A DNA stretch of 64,000 bases from Sulfurospirillum sp. (GCA_045047115.1 JASFYR010000005.1:32001-96000); one strand, 5' to 3'; shown: positions 32,937 to 44,680, counted from the first letter of the stretch. Translations and numbers: made by a program. The notes: generated by a model not told the origin, from the letters alone.

Positions 32937-33593
32937 CTATGACCTCTTTATGGCAAATTTTTGAGCTCTTATAGTGATGTCAGTTGTAACAAATGGTGAG
33001 TTTATGATCTCTAGCACATTTTTGGCTATATCTTTAGGGTCTATGTAGCTCTGTTTATCATCTGTGGGCTCAAACTGTAAGTCATCAAAAAAATCAGTTT
33101 TAGTGATGTCTGGATTTATGCTTGTTACTCTCACGCCTGATTTTCTCAACTCTTCAAACAAGCAGAGTGAAAAGTCTCTAAGTCCACTTTTTGTTGCGGT
33201 ATAAAGAGCTGAAAATTTTGAGTGTTTTGTAGCTTCAATCGAGGAGATGTTTATGATGTGACCTTTTGTCTTTTTTAGGTTTCTTAGGCAGAGATTGCAA
33301 AGCAAAATAGGAGCTCTTAGATTTACATCTATCAACTCTTCAATTTTTGAAAGTGAGATCTCTTCATGGGGTTGAAATATTCCTACTCCCGCACAGTTTA
33401 TAAGCAGGTCTATATCTGTTGATTTTAAGAGTTTTTTTATCTCTGTATGTAGAATTTTTGTGTCTCTTAAATCACATACTATTTCAGAGTCTCTCCTGCC
33501 TATGCCAAAAACCCTATATCCGTTTTTTTCAAGCTCCTCTTCTATGGCTTTGCCTATCCCGCTACTGATTCCACTCATAAGGGCAGTTTTCAT
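32937..33593 (-). CDS. Short-chain dehydrogenase/reductase
   Basis: SGISSGIG, INCAG, NISS, YTATK catalytic YxxxK; start MKTAL overlaps the upstream stop (ATGA). Confidence 0.92.
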   Translation of the reverse strand: MKTALMSGISSGIGKAIEEELEKNGYRVFGIGRRDSEIVCDLRDTKILHTEIKKLLKSTDIDLLINCAGVGIFQPHEEISLSKIEELIDVNLRAPILLCNLCLRNLKKTKGHIINISSIEATKHSKFSALYTATKSGLRDFSLCLFEELRKSGVRVTSINPDITKTDFFDDLQFEPTDDKQSYIDPKDIAKNVLEIINSPFVTTDITIRAQKFAIKRS

Positions 33594-34834
33594 TTTGATT
33601 TTCCGTCTATACAATTTTTATATGAGTTTATCATATCTTTTTCCATCTCTTCGTTTGAGCTATATTCGTATCCAAATACATCTTTCCACAAACTATAGTC
33701 TTCCATGCATAGATAGAAATAAACATCCTTATGCCAAGGTTTAAATGCATCATATACCCCTTTAAACATCTCTTTTTTTATTTCCATGGGATATGAGAAT
33801 TTACCGCTTGCATCTATGAGAGGCATCTGTAAAATCTTGCTTTTGAAGCTCCTTTGTCTTAGTTTTTTTATGACAGGTTTTATAAATGTTAAAGTTCCCA
33901 TTGAGATGAGTACTACTTCGCTGGGTTTGAACATTTTTATGAGTCTTTGCACTATGCCTCTATACTCGCTCAAATAGTTCTCATAAACAACTATCGGATG
34001 GAAATGAAATCCCACAAGCACACCTTTATCGCTTAAAGCTCTAGCACTTTCTATTCTCTCATTGAGCGAGGCGCTAAGATGCTCTTCGTTTTCTATGATA
34101 GTAGTTGGATTTAGCGACCATGTGCAGAGTATATTTTTAGGCACATCGTTTTCCAAAAGATATTTTATGTTTTTTGATTTGCTTTTTAGCTCCAAAATCA
34201 CATTGGGATTTTTGCTTGCAAACTCAAAAAGCGCCTCCATAATTCCCCCTTTGTTTCCCCAAAGAAGAGAGTCCGAACTCTGCCCGGTGCCTATATGATA
34301 GTTTTTGTTTGGGTCAAGTTTTAGGTTTTTGAGTTTTTCTGCAAAATTTTTATCAAAAGCGATTTTGTTTTCATTGTAAAATGACTGAATAGAGCAGTAG
34401 GAGCAGTCAAATCCGCAACTCTCCACCGCGTCTAGTGTTAAAAGATTGCAACATCTGGTTTTTGGTGATGCCACAGGGCACTTTCCAAGGCCTAGCTCCT
34501 CCTTGCTGTTTTGTATAAAACTAATCTTTCTTGAGTAATTATAAGAGGTGGAGTTAGAAAACTCTTTATAGCTTTTTGGTCTGCTTTTTAGCTCTTCCCA
34601 GATACTCTTAATATGCCCAAATGTCTTTTTGTGGTTCTCTTTGTCCTGCCATACTTCATATACTCTTTTCTCATCCCACATCTCAAAGTCGATGCTTATG
34701 TCTATCAACTGTTTTAACTCCTGAAAAGAGAAGCCGTATTTCAAAGCTTTTTGCTCTATAAATTCTTTGGTTTTTGAATCTAGTTGCAAAAAGTATGTGT
34801 TTTTTATATTTTTTTTAAACTTTTCTTTAAACAT
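33590..34834 (-). CDS. Spore-photoproduct-lyase-like radical SAM protein
   Basis: CGFDCSYC (CxxxCxxC), IGTGQSSDSL, LELKSKS, WSLNP, GFHFHPI, YLCME. Confidence 0.85.
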   Translation of the reverse strand: MFKEKFKKNIKNTYFLQLDSKTKEFIEQKALKYGFSFQELKQLIDISIDFEMWDEKRVYEVWQDKENHKKTFGHIKSIWEELKSRPKSYKEFSNSTSYNYSRKISFIQNSKEELGLGKCPVASPKTRCCNLLTLDAVESCGFDCSYCSIQSFYNENKIAFDKNFAEKLKNLKLDPNKNYHIGTGQSSDSLLWGNKGGIMEALFEFASKNPNVILELKSKSKNIKYLLENDVPKNILCTWSLNPTTIIENEEHLSASLNERIESARALSDKGVLVGFHFHPIVVYENYLSEYRGIVQRLIKMFKPSEVVLISMGTLTFIKPVIKKLRQRSFKSKILQMPLIDASGKFSYPMEIKKEMFKGVYDAFKPWHKDVYFYLCMEDYSLWKDVFGYEYSSNEEMEKDMINSYKNCIDGKSK

Positions 34835-35348
34835 ATCTTTCCCATTTTTTTATACTCTGCTTTATCAACTCTTCAACAAACTCTTTTTTGGGGATAGTTG
34901 TATCCAAGTAGTCTGAAACCACCTTAAAAACAAATATGGAGCCTGAATGTAACTCTTTGTTGCAAATTTGAAGAAAACTTTTTGCTTCCATGTCTACCAA
35001 TGTCGTGTTTAGTTTGGCCTGGTCGTTTAGCGGTTTTAAGACAGATGTGATATCGGCAAAATTTATATCTCTTAATTTTTGATTTACACAAAAAACGGAG
35101 CCTATTTTTATATCTGTATTTTTACATCCCGCTATGCCTATATTTATAGCTTTTCGCACCTTGAATCTCTCAAAAACAGCTTCTACATGTATAACATTTT
35201 TCGCACCCATTCCGCTGACTATAAGCATGATGGTATCTTTTGTGTAGATTCTATATGGTTTCTTTTGCAAACACCGCATTTTAAAATGCTCAATTATAGC
35301 TTTAGCTTCAGCAAAAAGTGCAGTGTGTATCAAAGTGTAACTAGACAT
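34827..35348 (-). CDS. Nucleoside phosphorylase/nucleosidase-like protein (short PNP_UDP_1 fold)
   Basis: TALFAEA, VSGMG, INIGIAG, VDMEA, KVVSD. Confidence 0.8.
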   Translation of the reverse strand: MSSYTLIHTALFAEAKAIIEHFKMRCLQKKPYRIYTKDTIMLIVSGMGAKNVIHVEAVFERFKVRKAINIGIAGCKNTDIKIGSVFCVNQKLRDINFADITSVLKPLNDQAKLNTTLVDMEAKSFLQICNKELHSGSIFVFKVVSDYLDTTIPKKEFVEELIKQSIKKWERYV

Positions 35349-35394
35349 AAAAAATTATATCTTTATTTAGTTAAATTATTGCTATAAGATTTCT

Positions 35395-36204
35395 CTAATT
35401 GTTGACTTTTTGTACATTTTTTGGTTTTTTATTATAAAATAAAACCATCAACAACAAAGAGCCGATATAAACCGATACTTCAATCAAGGAGGGATTGGCA
35501 TTGTAGCCAAACAGAGATTTCATAAAACTTCCAAAAGTACCGTTTTCGCTTATTAGATAGTTAATGCTCCAAACATGCTCAACAAAAACGGGGATGATGC
35601 CGACCTCTTGAAATTCGTGAACTCCACGGGCAAACAGTCCTGTTGCAAAGAGAATCAAAAGTACACTGCTTATATTGAAAAAATATCTTAGGTTTATGCC
35701 TTTTAATCCAATATATACAGTGCATCCTGCAAGCAACCCTACTGCTAAACCAAGTATTGCAAAAAGCATAGAAACAGTACTCTGCTCAGAGGCGATTGCA
35801 TTTAGAAAAAATGTAGTTTCGACTCCTTCTCGTAAAATTGAGATGAAAACTAAAAATGCAAGGCCGAAGCCATTGTTTTTTTTCAGTGCGAAATCTACTT
35901 TGTTTTTGATTAGTGTTGATGTTTCTCTTTTGTCCGCCATCCAAGCAATCAAATATACAATCAAAATTGCACCCAATATCATAGTGATACCTTCAAAAAT
36001 CTGCTCATACAGACCATCAAAGTTGCCAACCAACAGGTGAAAACCAAGCGCACCCAACAGGCTTCCTGCTATACCAAAAATTATACCAATATAGACAAAT
36101 CCTTTTAACGCGCTTTTCCCCGTTTTTTTCAAATAGCTAAATATAATGCCAACAATCAAAGCAGCCTCTAGAGACTCTCTTAGTGTTATAATAAACTCTT
36201 CCAT
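35395..36204 (-). CDS. ftr1: FTR1/EfeU family iron permease
   Basis: Two RExxE motifs (LRESLEA, LREGVET); multiple TM helices; GVHEFQE; LFGYN. Confidence 0.92.
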   Translation of the reverse strand: MEEFIITLRESLEAALIVGIIFSYLKKTGKSALKGFVYIGIIFGIAGSLLGALGFHLLVGNFDGLYEQIFEGITMILGAILIVYLIAWMADKRETSTLIKNKVDFALKKNNGFGLAFLVFISILREGVETTFFLNAIASEQSTVSMLFAILGLAVGLLAGCTVYIGLKGINLRYFFNISSVLLILFATGLFARGVHEFQEVGIIPVFVEHVWSINYLISENGTFGSFMKSLFGYNANPSLIEVSVYIGSLLLMVLFYNKKPKNVQKVNN

Positions 36205-36220
36205 TTCTTAATCCTTATAT

Positions 36221-36235
36221 TGATAATCAATATCA
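36221..36235. promoter_or_regulatory. Fur box upstream of the FTR1 permease
   Basis: TGATAATCAATATCA, one mismatch from the 7-1-7 TGATAATnATTATCA consensus, next to the ftr1 RBS. Confidence 0.75.
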
Positions 36236-36414
36236 TAATATAAGGATGCTTAATCTTTACTGACGAAATAAATTAGCTTTTTTTAGTTCAATATTCCTAT
36301 ATCGCAACAAGTCTATTGCCAGTATGATATAGAGTTGTTTATCTATTTGGTCAGTGGAGTAATAACAGCAAAATTTTGGTAAAATAGTAAAAACTGATAG
36401 CAAAGGAGGATTTG

Positions 36415-36966
36415 ATGAAAGAGGTACTTCTCGTATTGGCTAGAGCTGCTATAGGTGAAGCTATTGGAGTCAGACAAGATGTCAGCTTGCAAAATATGTT
36501 AGAGAAAAATCCTTGGCTTGAAGAGGAGGGTGCAGTATTTGTAACACTCGCGATAGATGGTAATCTAAGAGGTTGTATCGGTTCACTTGCTGCACATAGA
36601 AAATTATATGAAGATGTAATCTACAATGCAAGAAGTGCTACACTAAATGACCCTCGTTTCAAACCTTTGAGTAAAGAAGAGTTTGAGCTTATAAGCATAG
36701 AAGTATCGATACTCTCAAAGCCTGAACCTTTGATATATGACAGTGTCGATGCCCTAAAAGCAAGGCTCAGAGTGGGCATAGATGGCGTGGTTTTAAAATC
36801 TGGCTCCAATCAGGCGACTTTTTTACCTCAAGTCTGGGAGCAGTTGCCGACATTTGAGCTCTTTTTTGCCCATCTTTGTCAAAAAGCAGGCTTGGAAGGT
36901 GATTGTTTGAAGCATCATCCTGATATATTAACATATCAGGTTCAAGAATACAGTGAGGTAAAATAA
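36415..36966 (+). CDS. amrA: AmmeMemoRadiSam system protein A (AMMECR1 domain)
   Basis: GAVFVTL, LRGCIGSL, DPRF, IEVSILS, ATFLPQVW, LCQKAG. Confidence 0.93.
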   Translation: MKEVLLVLARAAIGEAIGVRQDVSLQNMLEKNPWLEEEGAVFVTLAIDGNLRGCIGSLAAHRKLYEDVIYNARSATLNDPRFKPLSKEEFELISIEVSILSKPEPLIYDSVDALKARLRVGIDGVVLKSGSNQATFLPQVWEQLPTFELFFAHLCQKAGLEGDCLKHHPDILTYQVQEYSEVK

Positions 36967-36967
36967 G

Positions 36968-37765
36968 ATGAGAAAAGCAAGTGTAGCGGGAGCTTTTTAT
37001 CCAAATTCATGTGATGAGATAAAGAAGTATTTTGAGCTCTTTAGTAAAACTTTGGATGAGCAGATAGAGGAAAATGACAAACTCTATACGCTAAAGCCAA
37101 GAGCCATAATATCTCCGCATGCAGGGTATATCTATAGTGGATTTACAGCAAATATCGCTTACAGAATTCTTAAGAATTCAAATCCAAAAAGAGTCATAGT
37201 CATAGGCCCTAGTCACAGAGTCTATCTAAATGGCATCAGTGTAACAAATGAGGATTCCTATGAGAGCCCTTGCGGTAAACTGGATATAGATTTGGATTAC
37301 CTGGAGGATTTGACCAAAAAATTTGATTTGCAAAACATAAAAGAGGCATATGAGCAAGAACACAGCACAGAAGTTCAAATGCCTTTTATAAAATACTATA
37401 TACCAAACGCAAAAATAATAGAGTTGATTTATGGCGATATAGAGTATTCAACTTTAGCATCACTTATGGAGTATGTGCTCAAGGATGAGGAAAATGTTGC
37501 GGTAATCAGTACTGATTTGAGTCATTTTTATGATCTTAAAAAAGCAAATATGCTTGATAATATCTGCCTTAAGGCCATAGCAAATCTTGATATCAATGAG
37601 TTTGAACAAGGATGTGAAGCTTGCGGTGCCACTGGAGTAAAAGCCATATTAAAGTGTGCCAAAAAGATGAAACTAAAATCACTACTTCTGGACTATCGCA
37701 CAAGTGCTGATGCTAGTAAAGATGAGAGTAGAGTGGTGGGATATATGAGTGGGTTGTTCTATTAA
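36968..37765 (+). CDS. amrB: AmmeMemoRadiSam system protein B (MEMO1 family)
   Basis: RKASVAGAFYP, PHAGYIYSG, GPSH, EHSTEVQMPF, STDLSH, ACG, VVGY. Confidence 0.93.
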   Translation: MRKASVAGAFYPNSCDEIKKYFELFSKTLDEQIEENDKLYTLKPRAIISPHAGYIYSGFTANIAYRILKNSNPKRVIVIGPSHRVYLNGISVTNEDSYESPCGKLDIDLDYLEDLTKKFDLQNIKEAYEQEHSTEVQMPFIKYYIPNAKIIELIYGDIEYSTLASLMEYVLKDEENVAVISTDLSHFYDLKKANMLDNICLKAIANLDINEFEQGCEACGATGVKAILKCAKKMKLKSLLLDYRTSADASKDESRVVGYMSGLFY

Positions 37766-37872
37766 TTTTACTTTAATCTTAGCTTAAAGTAAAATTCGCT
37801 AAAATCTCACCCTTAATTGAAAAAACTGTAGATAGCAGTTTAGATTATAAATTCTCAGCAAAGGACATACTT

Positions 37873-38181
37873 ATGTATGCAATTATCAAAAATGGTGGGA
37901 AGCAGTATAAAGTTCAAGAGGGAGATTTTTTAAATCTTGACAGACTTGACGCTTCGCCAAAAGAGAAGATAGAGGTTACAGAAGTTCTTGCAGTAAATGC
38001 AGGTGAACTGAAAGTTGGAGCTCCATTTGTAGATGGTGCAAAAGTAGAATTGGAAGTTGTAGCTAACGGCAAAGAGAAGAAAGTTATTATTTTCAAAAAG
38101 AGAAGAAGAAAAGATTCTAAACTAAAAAGAGGCTTTAGAAGACAATACACAAAAGTGAAAGTTTTAAGCATTACTGCTTAA
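37873..38181 (+). CDS. rplU: 50S ribosomal protein L21
   Basis: [23 protein letters not shown]. Confidence 0.98.
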   Translation: MYAIIKNGGKQYKVQEGDFLNLDRLDASPKEKIEVTEVLAVNAGELKVGAPFVDGAKVELEVVANGKEKKVIIFKKRRRKDSKLKRGFRRQYTKVKVLSITA

Positions 38182-38205
38182 AACGCCCGCAATAGGAGTT
38201 AAAAT

Positions 38206-38460
38206 ATGGCACATAAAAAAGGTCAGGGTAGTACCCAAAATAACAGAGATTCGGCAGGTAGAAGACTAGGCGTAAAGAAATTTGGTGGTGAATTTGTAAG
38301 AGCCGGGAACATAATAATTCGCCAAAGAGGAACAAAAACACATCCGGGTGACAATGTAGGCATGGGAAATGACCATACTATATATGCTTTGGTTGACGGG
38401 CATGTGGAGTTTGGCAGATATGACAAACTAAGAAAAAAAGTTTCAGTAGTTCCCGCATAA
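38206..38460 (+). CDS. rpmA: 50S ribosomal protein L27
   Basis: [31 protein letters not shown]. Confidence 0.98.
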   Translation: MAHKKGQGSTQNNRDSAGRRLGVKKFGGEFVRAGNIIIRQRGTKTHPGDNVGMGNDHTIYALVDGHVEFGRYDKLRKKVSVVPA

Positions 38461-38465
38461 ATATT

Positions 38466-38489
38466 TTAGGCAGAGTTAGTTCTGCCTAA
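38466..38489 (+). terminator. Stem-loop after rpmA
   Basis: TTAGGCAGA-GTTAGT-TCTGCCTAA followed by CTCTTT. Confidence 0.65.
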
Positions 38490-38574
38490 CTCTTTCAGAA
38501 ATCAGCACTTTAAGCACTATTTATCCAATTTTATTCTAAAATACAGATTACTTACAATATTTAAAGGTTTTTAT

Positions 38575-40430
<1,856 letters not shown>

Positions 40431-41345
40431 ATGCGTATAGTATTTATGGGGACACCCGATTATGCTACCCAAATCTTAAAAGGGTTGGTGAACTCTGATA
40501 TAGAGGTCTCGCTTTTGGTTACTCAACCGGATAAGCCTGTGGGTAGAAAACAGATTTTGACACCTCCGCATGTGAAAGCCTGGGTAAAAAAAGAAGATAT
40601 ATGTCTAGACATTTATCAGCCTAAATCTTTAAGAAATGATGAAGCAAAAGAGAGGATAAGTGCACATAAGCCTGATTTTATAGTTGTGGCGGCTTATGGA
40701 CAGATACTTCCAGTAGAGATATTAAATATCGCTCCTTGTATAAATCTTCACGCTTCGCTTTTGCCAAAGTACAGAGGTGCGAGCCCTATCCAATCCTCAA
40801 TATTAAATGGTGATAAATTTACCGGTGTGACAGCGATGCTTATGGAAGAGGGTTTGGACAGTGGAGATATCCTGGCATTTAAATATGTGCAGATGTTTGA
40901 TTGTAGAGTTGATGAGCTTTTTGACGAACTCTCAATTGCGGCTTCAAAGCTTACGCTTCTTGTACTCAATAATTTTGAATCCATAGAGCCGATAAAGCAG
41001 ATTGGTGCAGATGCAACGCATTGTGTTAAAATCAAAAAAAACAACGGACTTTTTAGTTTTAAGCAGAGTGCAAAAGAGATATATACCAAGTTTAAGGCAT
41101 ATACCCCTTGGCCGGGACTCTTTTTGGAGAATGGTTTGAAAATCAAAAAAATAGAACTCTTGGATGAAACAAAGCAATTTGAAAAAAGTGCTGTGATTTT
41201 GGAGATTTCAAAAGATTATATTGTCATCGCCTGCCAAATTGGATCACTGAAAATTTTAAAAGTACAAGCACCCTCAAAGAAAGAGATAAGCGCAGTAGAA
41301 TATGTAAGGGGAAAGAGGATGGAAGTTGGAAGTAGTCTGGTTTAA
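40431..41345 (+). CDS. fmt: Methionyl-tRNA formyltransferase
   Basis: FMGTPDYA, TQPDKPVGR, VAAYGQIL, NLHASLLPKYRGASPI. Confidence 0.97.
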   Translation: MRIVFMGTPDYATQILKGLVNSDIEVSLLVTQPDKPVGRKQILTPPHVKAWVKKEDICLDIYQPKSLRNDEAKERISAHKPDFIVVAAYGQILPVEILNIAPCINLHASLLPKYRGASPIQSSILNGDKFTGVTAMLMEEGLDSGDILAFKYVQMFDCRVDELFDELSIAASKLTLLVLNNFESIEPIKQIGADATHCVKIKKNNGLFSFKQSAKEIYTKFKAYTPWPGLFLENGLKIKKIELLDETKQFEKSAVILEISKDYIVIACQIGSLKILKVQAPSKKEISAVEYVRGKRMEVGSSLV

Positions 41346-41961
41346 GGAGCTATATTCTACCCATAAATATCTGATTAAAGAGATAAAAGAGGGTAATATT
41401 TCCAAACCTACTTTAATTGCAGCTGATTTTCAAAGTGATGGAGTTGGAAGTAGAGGAAACTCTTGGGAGGGAAAATTTGGCAATCTTTTTTTCTCATTTT
41501 GTGTAAAAGAGAAACACTTACCAAAAGATTTACAATTAGCATCAATTTCTATATATTTTTCCTATCTTTTAAAAGAGGTTTTATGCCTTAAAGGCTCTAA
41601 AATATGGATGAAATGGCCAAATGATTTTTATCTGGAAAACAGAAAAATAGGTGGCACGATTACAACAAAAACAGGAGAGTATGTCATAGGTTCAATTGGC
41701 TTAAATATCGTCGAAGCACCCGAAGAATTCGGTATTTTGGATATACATGTAGAGCCTAAAAAAATAGTAAAAGACTTTTTGAAGATACTTGAGGAAAATA
41801 TTTCATGGAAGCAAGTTTTTAGTAAATATAAGATAGAATTTCAAAAAAGCAGAGATTTCTTTTTTCATATGGGTAGTGAAAAAAAATCATTAAGTGATGC
41901 CAAATTGTGCGAAGACGGCTCTATAGAGCTAAATAAAAGAAGGGTGTATAGTCTAAGATGA
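41326..41961 (+). CDS. birA: Biotin--[acetyl-CoA carboxylase] ligase (no HTH)
   Basis: QSDGVGSRGNSW, GNLFFS, KWPND, KIGG, IGLN. Confidence 0.92.
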   Translation: MEVVWFKELYSTHKYLIKEIKEGNISKPTLIAADFQSDGVGSRGNSWEGKFGNLFFSFCVKEKHLPKDLQLASISIYFSYLLKEVLCLKGSKIWMKWPNDFYLENRKIGGTITTKTGEYVIGSIGLNIVEAPEEFGILDIHVEPKKIVKDFLKILEENISWKQVFSKYKIEFQKSRDFFFHMGSEKKSLSDAKLCEDGSIELNKRRVYSLR

Positions 41962-42743
41962 GTGAAATAATAGCCATTGCAAATCAAAAAGGCGGAGTCG
42001 GCAAAACCACTACCGCGGTAAATCTGGCAGCTTCATTGGCTGTTGCAGAAAAAAGAGTGCTTCTTATAGATATCGATCCTCAATCAAATGCTACAACTGG
42101 TTTGGGTTTTCATAGAAGTGATTATGAGTACAACATATACCATGTTCTAATAGGAAGAAAGAAACTCTCTCAGGTTATTTTGGAGACATCTTTGCCTACA
42201 CTTCACATTGCCCCCTCAAACATAGGCTTGGTTGGCGTTGAAAAAGAATTTTATGATGCAAAAACAAAAGGACGAGAGCTCATCTTGAAAAACAAGATTT
42301 CAGAAATAGAAGATCAATACGACTATATCATCATAGACTCTCCGCCTGCTCTTGGAAGCATTACTATAAATGCTCTAAGCGCTGCAAACTCTGTGATTAT
42401 ACCCATACAGTGCGAATTTTTTGCATTAGAGGGTTTGGCACAACTTCTAAATACTGTAAAACTCATCAAAAAAACTATAAATCCAAAACTTGATATAAAA
42501 GGTTTTTTGCCGACTATGTACAGCACTCAGAACAATCTTTCAAAGCAGGTCTTTGCAGATCTCAAACAGCATTTTAAAAACAAACTTTTTAGAGATGAAA
42601 AGTCATCATCGTATGTTGTAATTCCTCGAAACATAAAACTGGCAGAATCTCCAAGCTTTGGTAAACCGATAATTTTATATGATATAAAATCAGCCGGCTC
42701 CTTGGCATATCAAAATTTAGCAAACTCTATACTGGCCAGTTAA
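41958..42743 (+). CDS. parA: Chromosome partitioning ATPase ParA/Soj
   Basis: NQKGGVGKTTT, DIDPQSNAT, DSPP, QCEFFALEG, LAESPSFG. Confidence 0.96.
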   Translation: MSEIIAIANQKGGVGKTTTAVNLAASLAVAEKRVLLIDIDPQSNATTGLGFHRSDYEYNIYHVLIGRKKLSQVILETSLPTLHIAPSNIGLVGVEKEFYDAKTKGRELILKNKISEIEDQYDYIIIDSPPALGSITINALSAANSVIIPIQCEFFALEGLAQLLNTVKLIKKTINPKLDIKGFLPTMYSTQNNLSKQVFADLKQHFKNKLFRDEKSSSYVVIPRNIKLAESPSFGKPIILYDIKSAGSLAYQNLANSILAS

Positions 42744-42744
42744 A

Positions 42745-43599
42745 ATGTGTGCCAAAAAAGCTTTAGGCAGGGGACTTAGTGCCATAATTGATGATGTTGA
42801 AGAGGCTTACAGGCAAGATATCGATGATTCCAGCGATTTGGTAAGAGAGATAGATGTAGATATCATTTCACCCAACCCATATCAGCCAAGGACTTATTTT
42901 AATGAAGAAGCACTCGGTGAGTTAAGTGAGTCTATCAAGAAGCACGGGTTGCTTCAGCCGATTATTGTTATAAAAAAAGATGATAAATTTGTTTTGCTTG
43001 CAGGCGAGAGAAGACTTAGAGCAACAAAATTAGCCGGCCTTAAAACCATCAAAGTCATCATAGCAGATATTGAATCAAAAAATCTTCGTGAACTGGCTCT
43101 TATAGAAAACATCCAAAGAGAAGATTTGAATCCGATAGAGTTAGCTATCTCCTACAAAGAACTTATAGAAGAGTACAGCATCACACAAGAGGGGCTCTCT
43201 GGTATTATACACAAAAGCAGAACCCAGATAACAAATACGATTAGATTATTATCATTAAGCAATAAGACAAAAAAATTACTTGCAAACGGAAGACTCTCTC
43301 AAGGACATGCGAAGATAATAGTAGGATTGTCGCAGAGTGATGAAGAGAGCATAGTAAATACAATATTGGGTCAAAAATTAAGTGTAAGAGATACCGAAAT
43401 TCTGGTAAAAAAAATAAAGTCAAACAGTAAAGATTTCGATAAACAAAAAAAAGAGACCGAACCATCCGTAGAGGGCTTAAAAAGTCTGAAAATAAAGCTT
43501 CAAGAGATAGGATTTAAGAGTAAAATTGGAAAAAACAGTGTTACAATTGTGCTTGATAACGAAGAGAAAATAGATAAATTTTTTAAAATATTGTTATGA
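42745..43599 (+). CDS. parB: Chromosome partitioning protein ParB/Spo0J
   Basis: ALGRGL, NPYQPR, GLLQPI, AGERRLRA, ENIQREDL. Confidence 0.96.
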   Translation: MCAKKALGRGLSAIIDDVEEAYRQDIDDSSDLVREIDVDIISPNPYQPRTYFNEEALGELSESIKKHGLLQPIIVIKKDDKFVLLAGERRLRATKLAGLKTIKVIIADIESKNLRELALIENIQREDLNPIELAISYKELIEEYSITQEGLSGIIHKSRTQITNTIRLLSLSNKTKKLLANGRLSQGHAKIIVGLSQSDEESIVNTILGQKLSVRDTEILVKKIKSNSKDFDKQKKETEPSVEGLKSLKIKLQEIGFKSKIGKNSVTIVLDNEEKIDKFFKILL

Positions 43600-43727
43600 T
43601 TTCCTTAATTTAATAAAATAATATATATATTTATGTTAAAATCTACGCGTTTTTAATTATCTGGCTGACATATGTACAAGCATGGTGTAGGTCAGTTGAT
43701 AAAGATATTCTAAAAAGGAGCAAAAAT

Positions 43728-44150
43728 ATGTTGGATATTGTACCAGCACTTTTACTGGTAACCGGTGTCATTTTTCTGGTTTTGTTGATTCTTTTAAACA
43801 AAACACTCTATAAACCACTTTTGGCTTTTATGGACAATAGGAAAAAATCCATAAGAAGAGATTTGGACAGTGCCGGAAAAAATAGTGATGAGGTTGTATC
43901 TTTTAAAAAAGAGGCAGAAAAAATTATTTTAGAGGCGAAGACAGAAGCTAACAGAATAAAAGATTCTGCTTTAATGATGGCAAAAGATGAAGCTTTGAAA
44001 AAATTGGAAGTCAAAAAAAGTGAACTAGAGAGCAAATATTCTCAATTTTTAAGAGAATTAGAGGCTCAAAAAGTTGAATTTAAAAGTGCTTTGCAAGAAC
44101 AGTTACCACAGTTTAGATATAGTGTAAAAGCAAAACTTGATAAGATTTAG
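43728..44150 (+). CDS. atpF': F0F1 ATP synthase subunit b'
   Basis: N-terminal TM, LYKPLL, coiled coil; first gene of the atp cluster. Confidence 0.88.
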   Translation: MLDIVPALLLVTGVIFLVLLILLNKTLYKPLLAFMDNRKKSIRRDLDSAGKNSDEVVSFKKEAEKIILEAKTEANRIKDSALMMAKDEALKKLEVKKSELESKYSQFLRELEAQKVEFKSALQEQLPQFRYSVKAKLDKI

Positions 44151-44158
44151 GAGATAAA

Positions 44159-44680
44159 ATGAAAAAAATATTATATATATCACTTTTAATTCTTCCTGTT
44201 TTTATGTTTGGGGCAGGTGGTGAAGAGGCAAATAAAGGTACTGATATAATTCCAAGAACAGTGAACTTTCTTATTTTTGCCGGAATCTTATACTATTTGG
44301 CAGCGAACCAAATAAAAGAGTTTTTTGTCAACAGAAGAGCTTCTATCGCAGAGAGATTGAACTCTATACAAGAAAAACTGAAAAACTCAGCTAGGCAAAA
44401 AGCAGAAGCAAAAGAGTTGATAGAAAAAGCTAAAATTGAAGCAAAGACAATTATGGAAACTTCAAAAGAGGAAACACAAATTTTAAAAGCAAAGATATTT
44501 GAAAACCTGGAGTTAGATATGGAAAACCTGGAAAAAGGTTATGAAGATCAAACCTCAATAGAGAGAAGGAAGATGACCAGGGCTGCAATCTTAGAAATCT
44601 TGGATGATGTATTTGAAAAAGGCTCCTTATCTTTAGAAAAAGACGAGTTGCTAAATATTGTTATGAAAAAGGTTGCATAA
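44159..44680 (+). CDS. atpF: F0F1 ATP synthase subunit b
   Basis: DIIPRTVNFLIFAGILYY; coiled coil. Confidence 0.9.
   Translation: MKKILYISLLILPVFMFGAGGEEANKGTDIIPRTVNFLIFAGILYYLAANQIKEFFVNRRASIAERLNSIQEKLKNSARQKAEAKELIEKAKIEAKTIMETSKEETQILKAKIFENLELDMENLEKGYEDQTSIERRKMTRAAILEILDDVFEKGSLSLEKDELLNIVMKKVA

Noticed and set aside
37822..37842. Small hairpin AAACTG-TAGATAG-CAGTTT in the rplU leader as an autoregulatory element
   Set aside because: Too short to support without comparative data
41958..43727. parS site or plasmid/phage origin near parAB
   Set aside because: No TGTTTCACGTGAAACA-like palindrome noticed; parAB next to the atp genes is the normal chromosomal arrangement in this phylum
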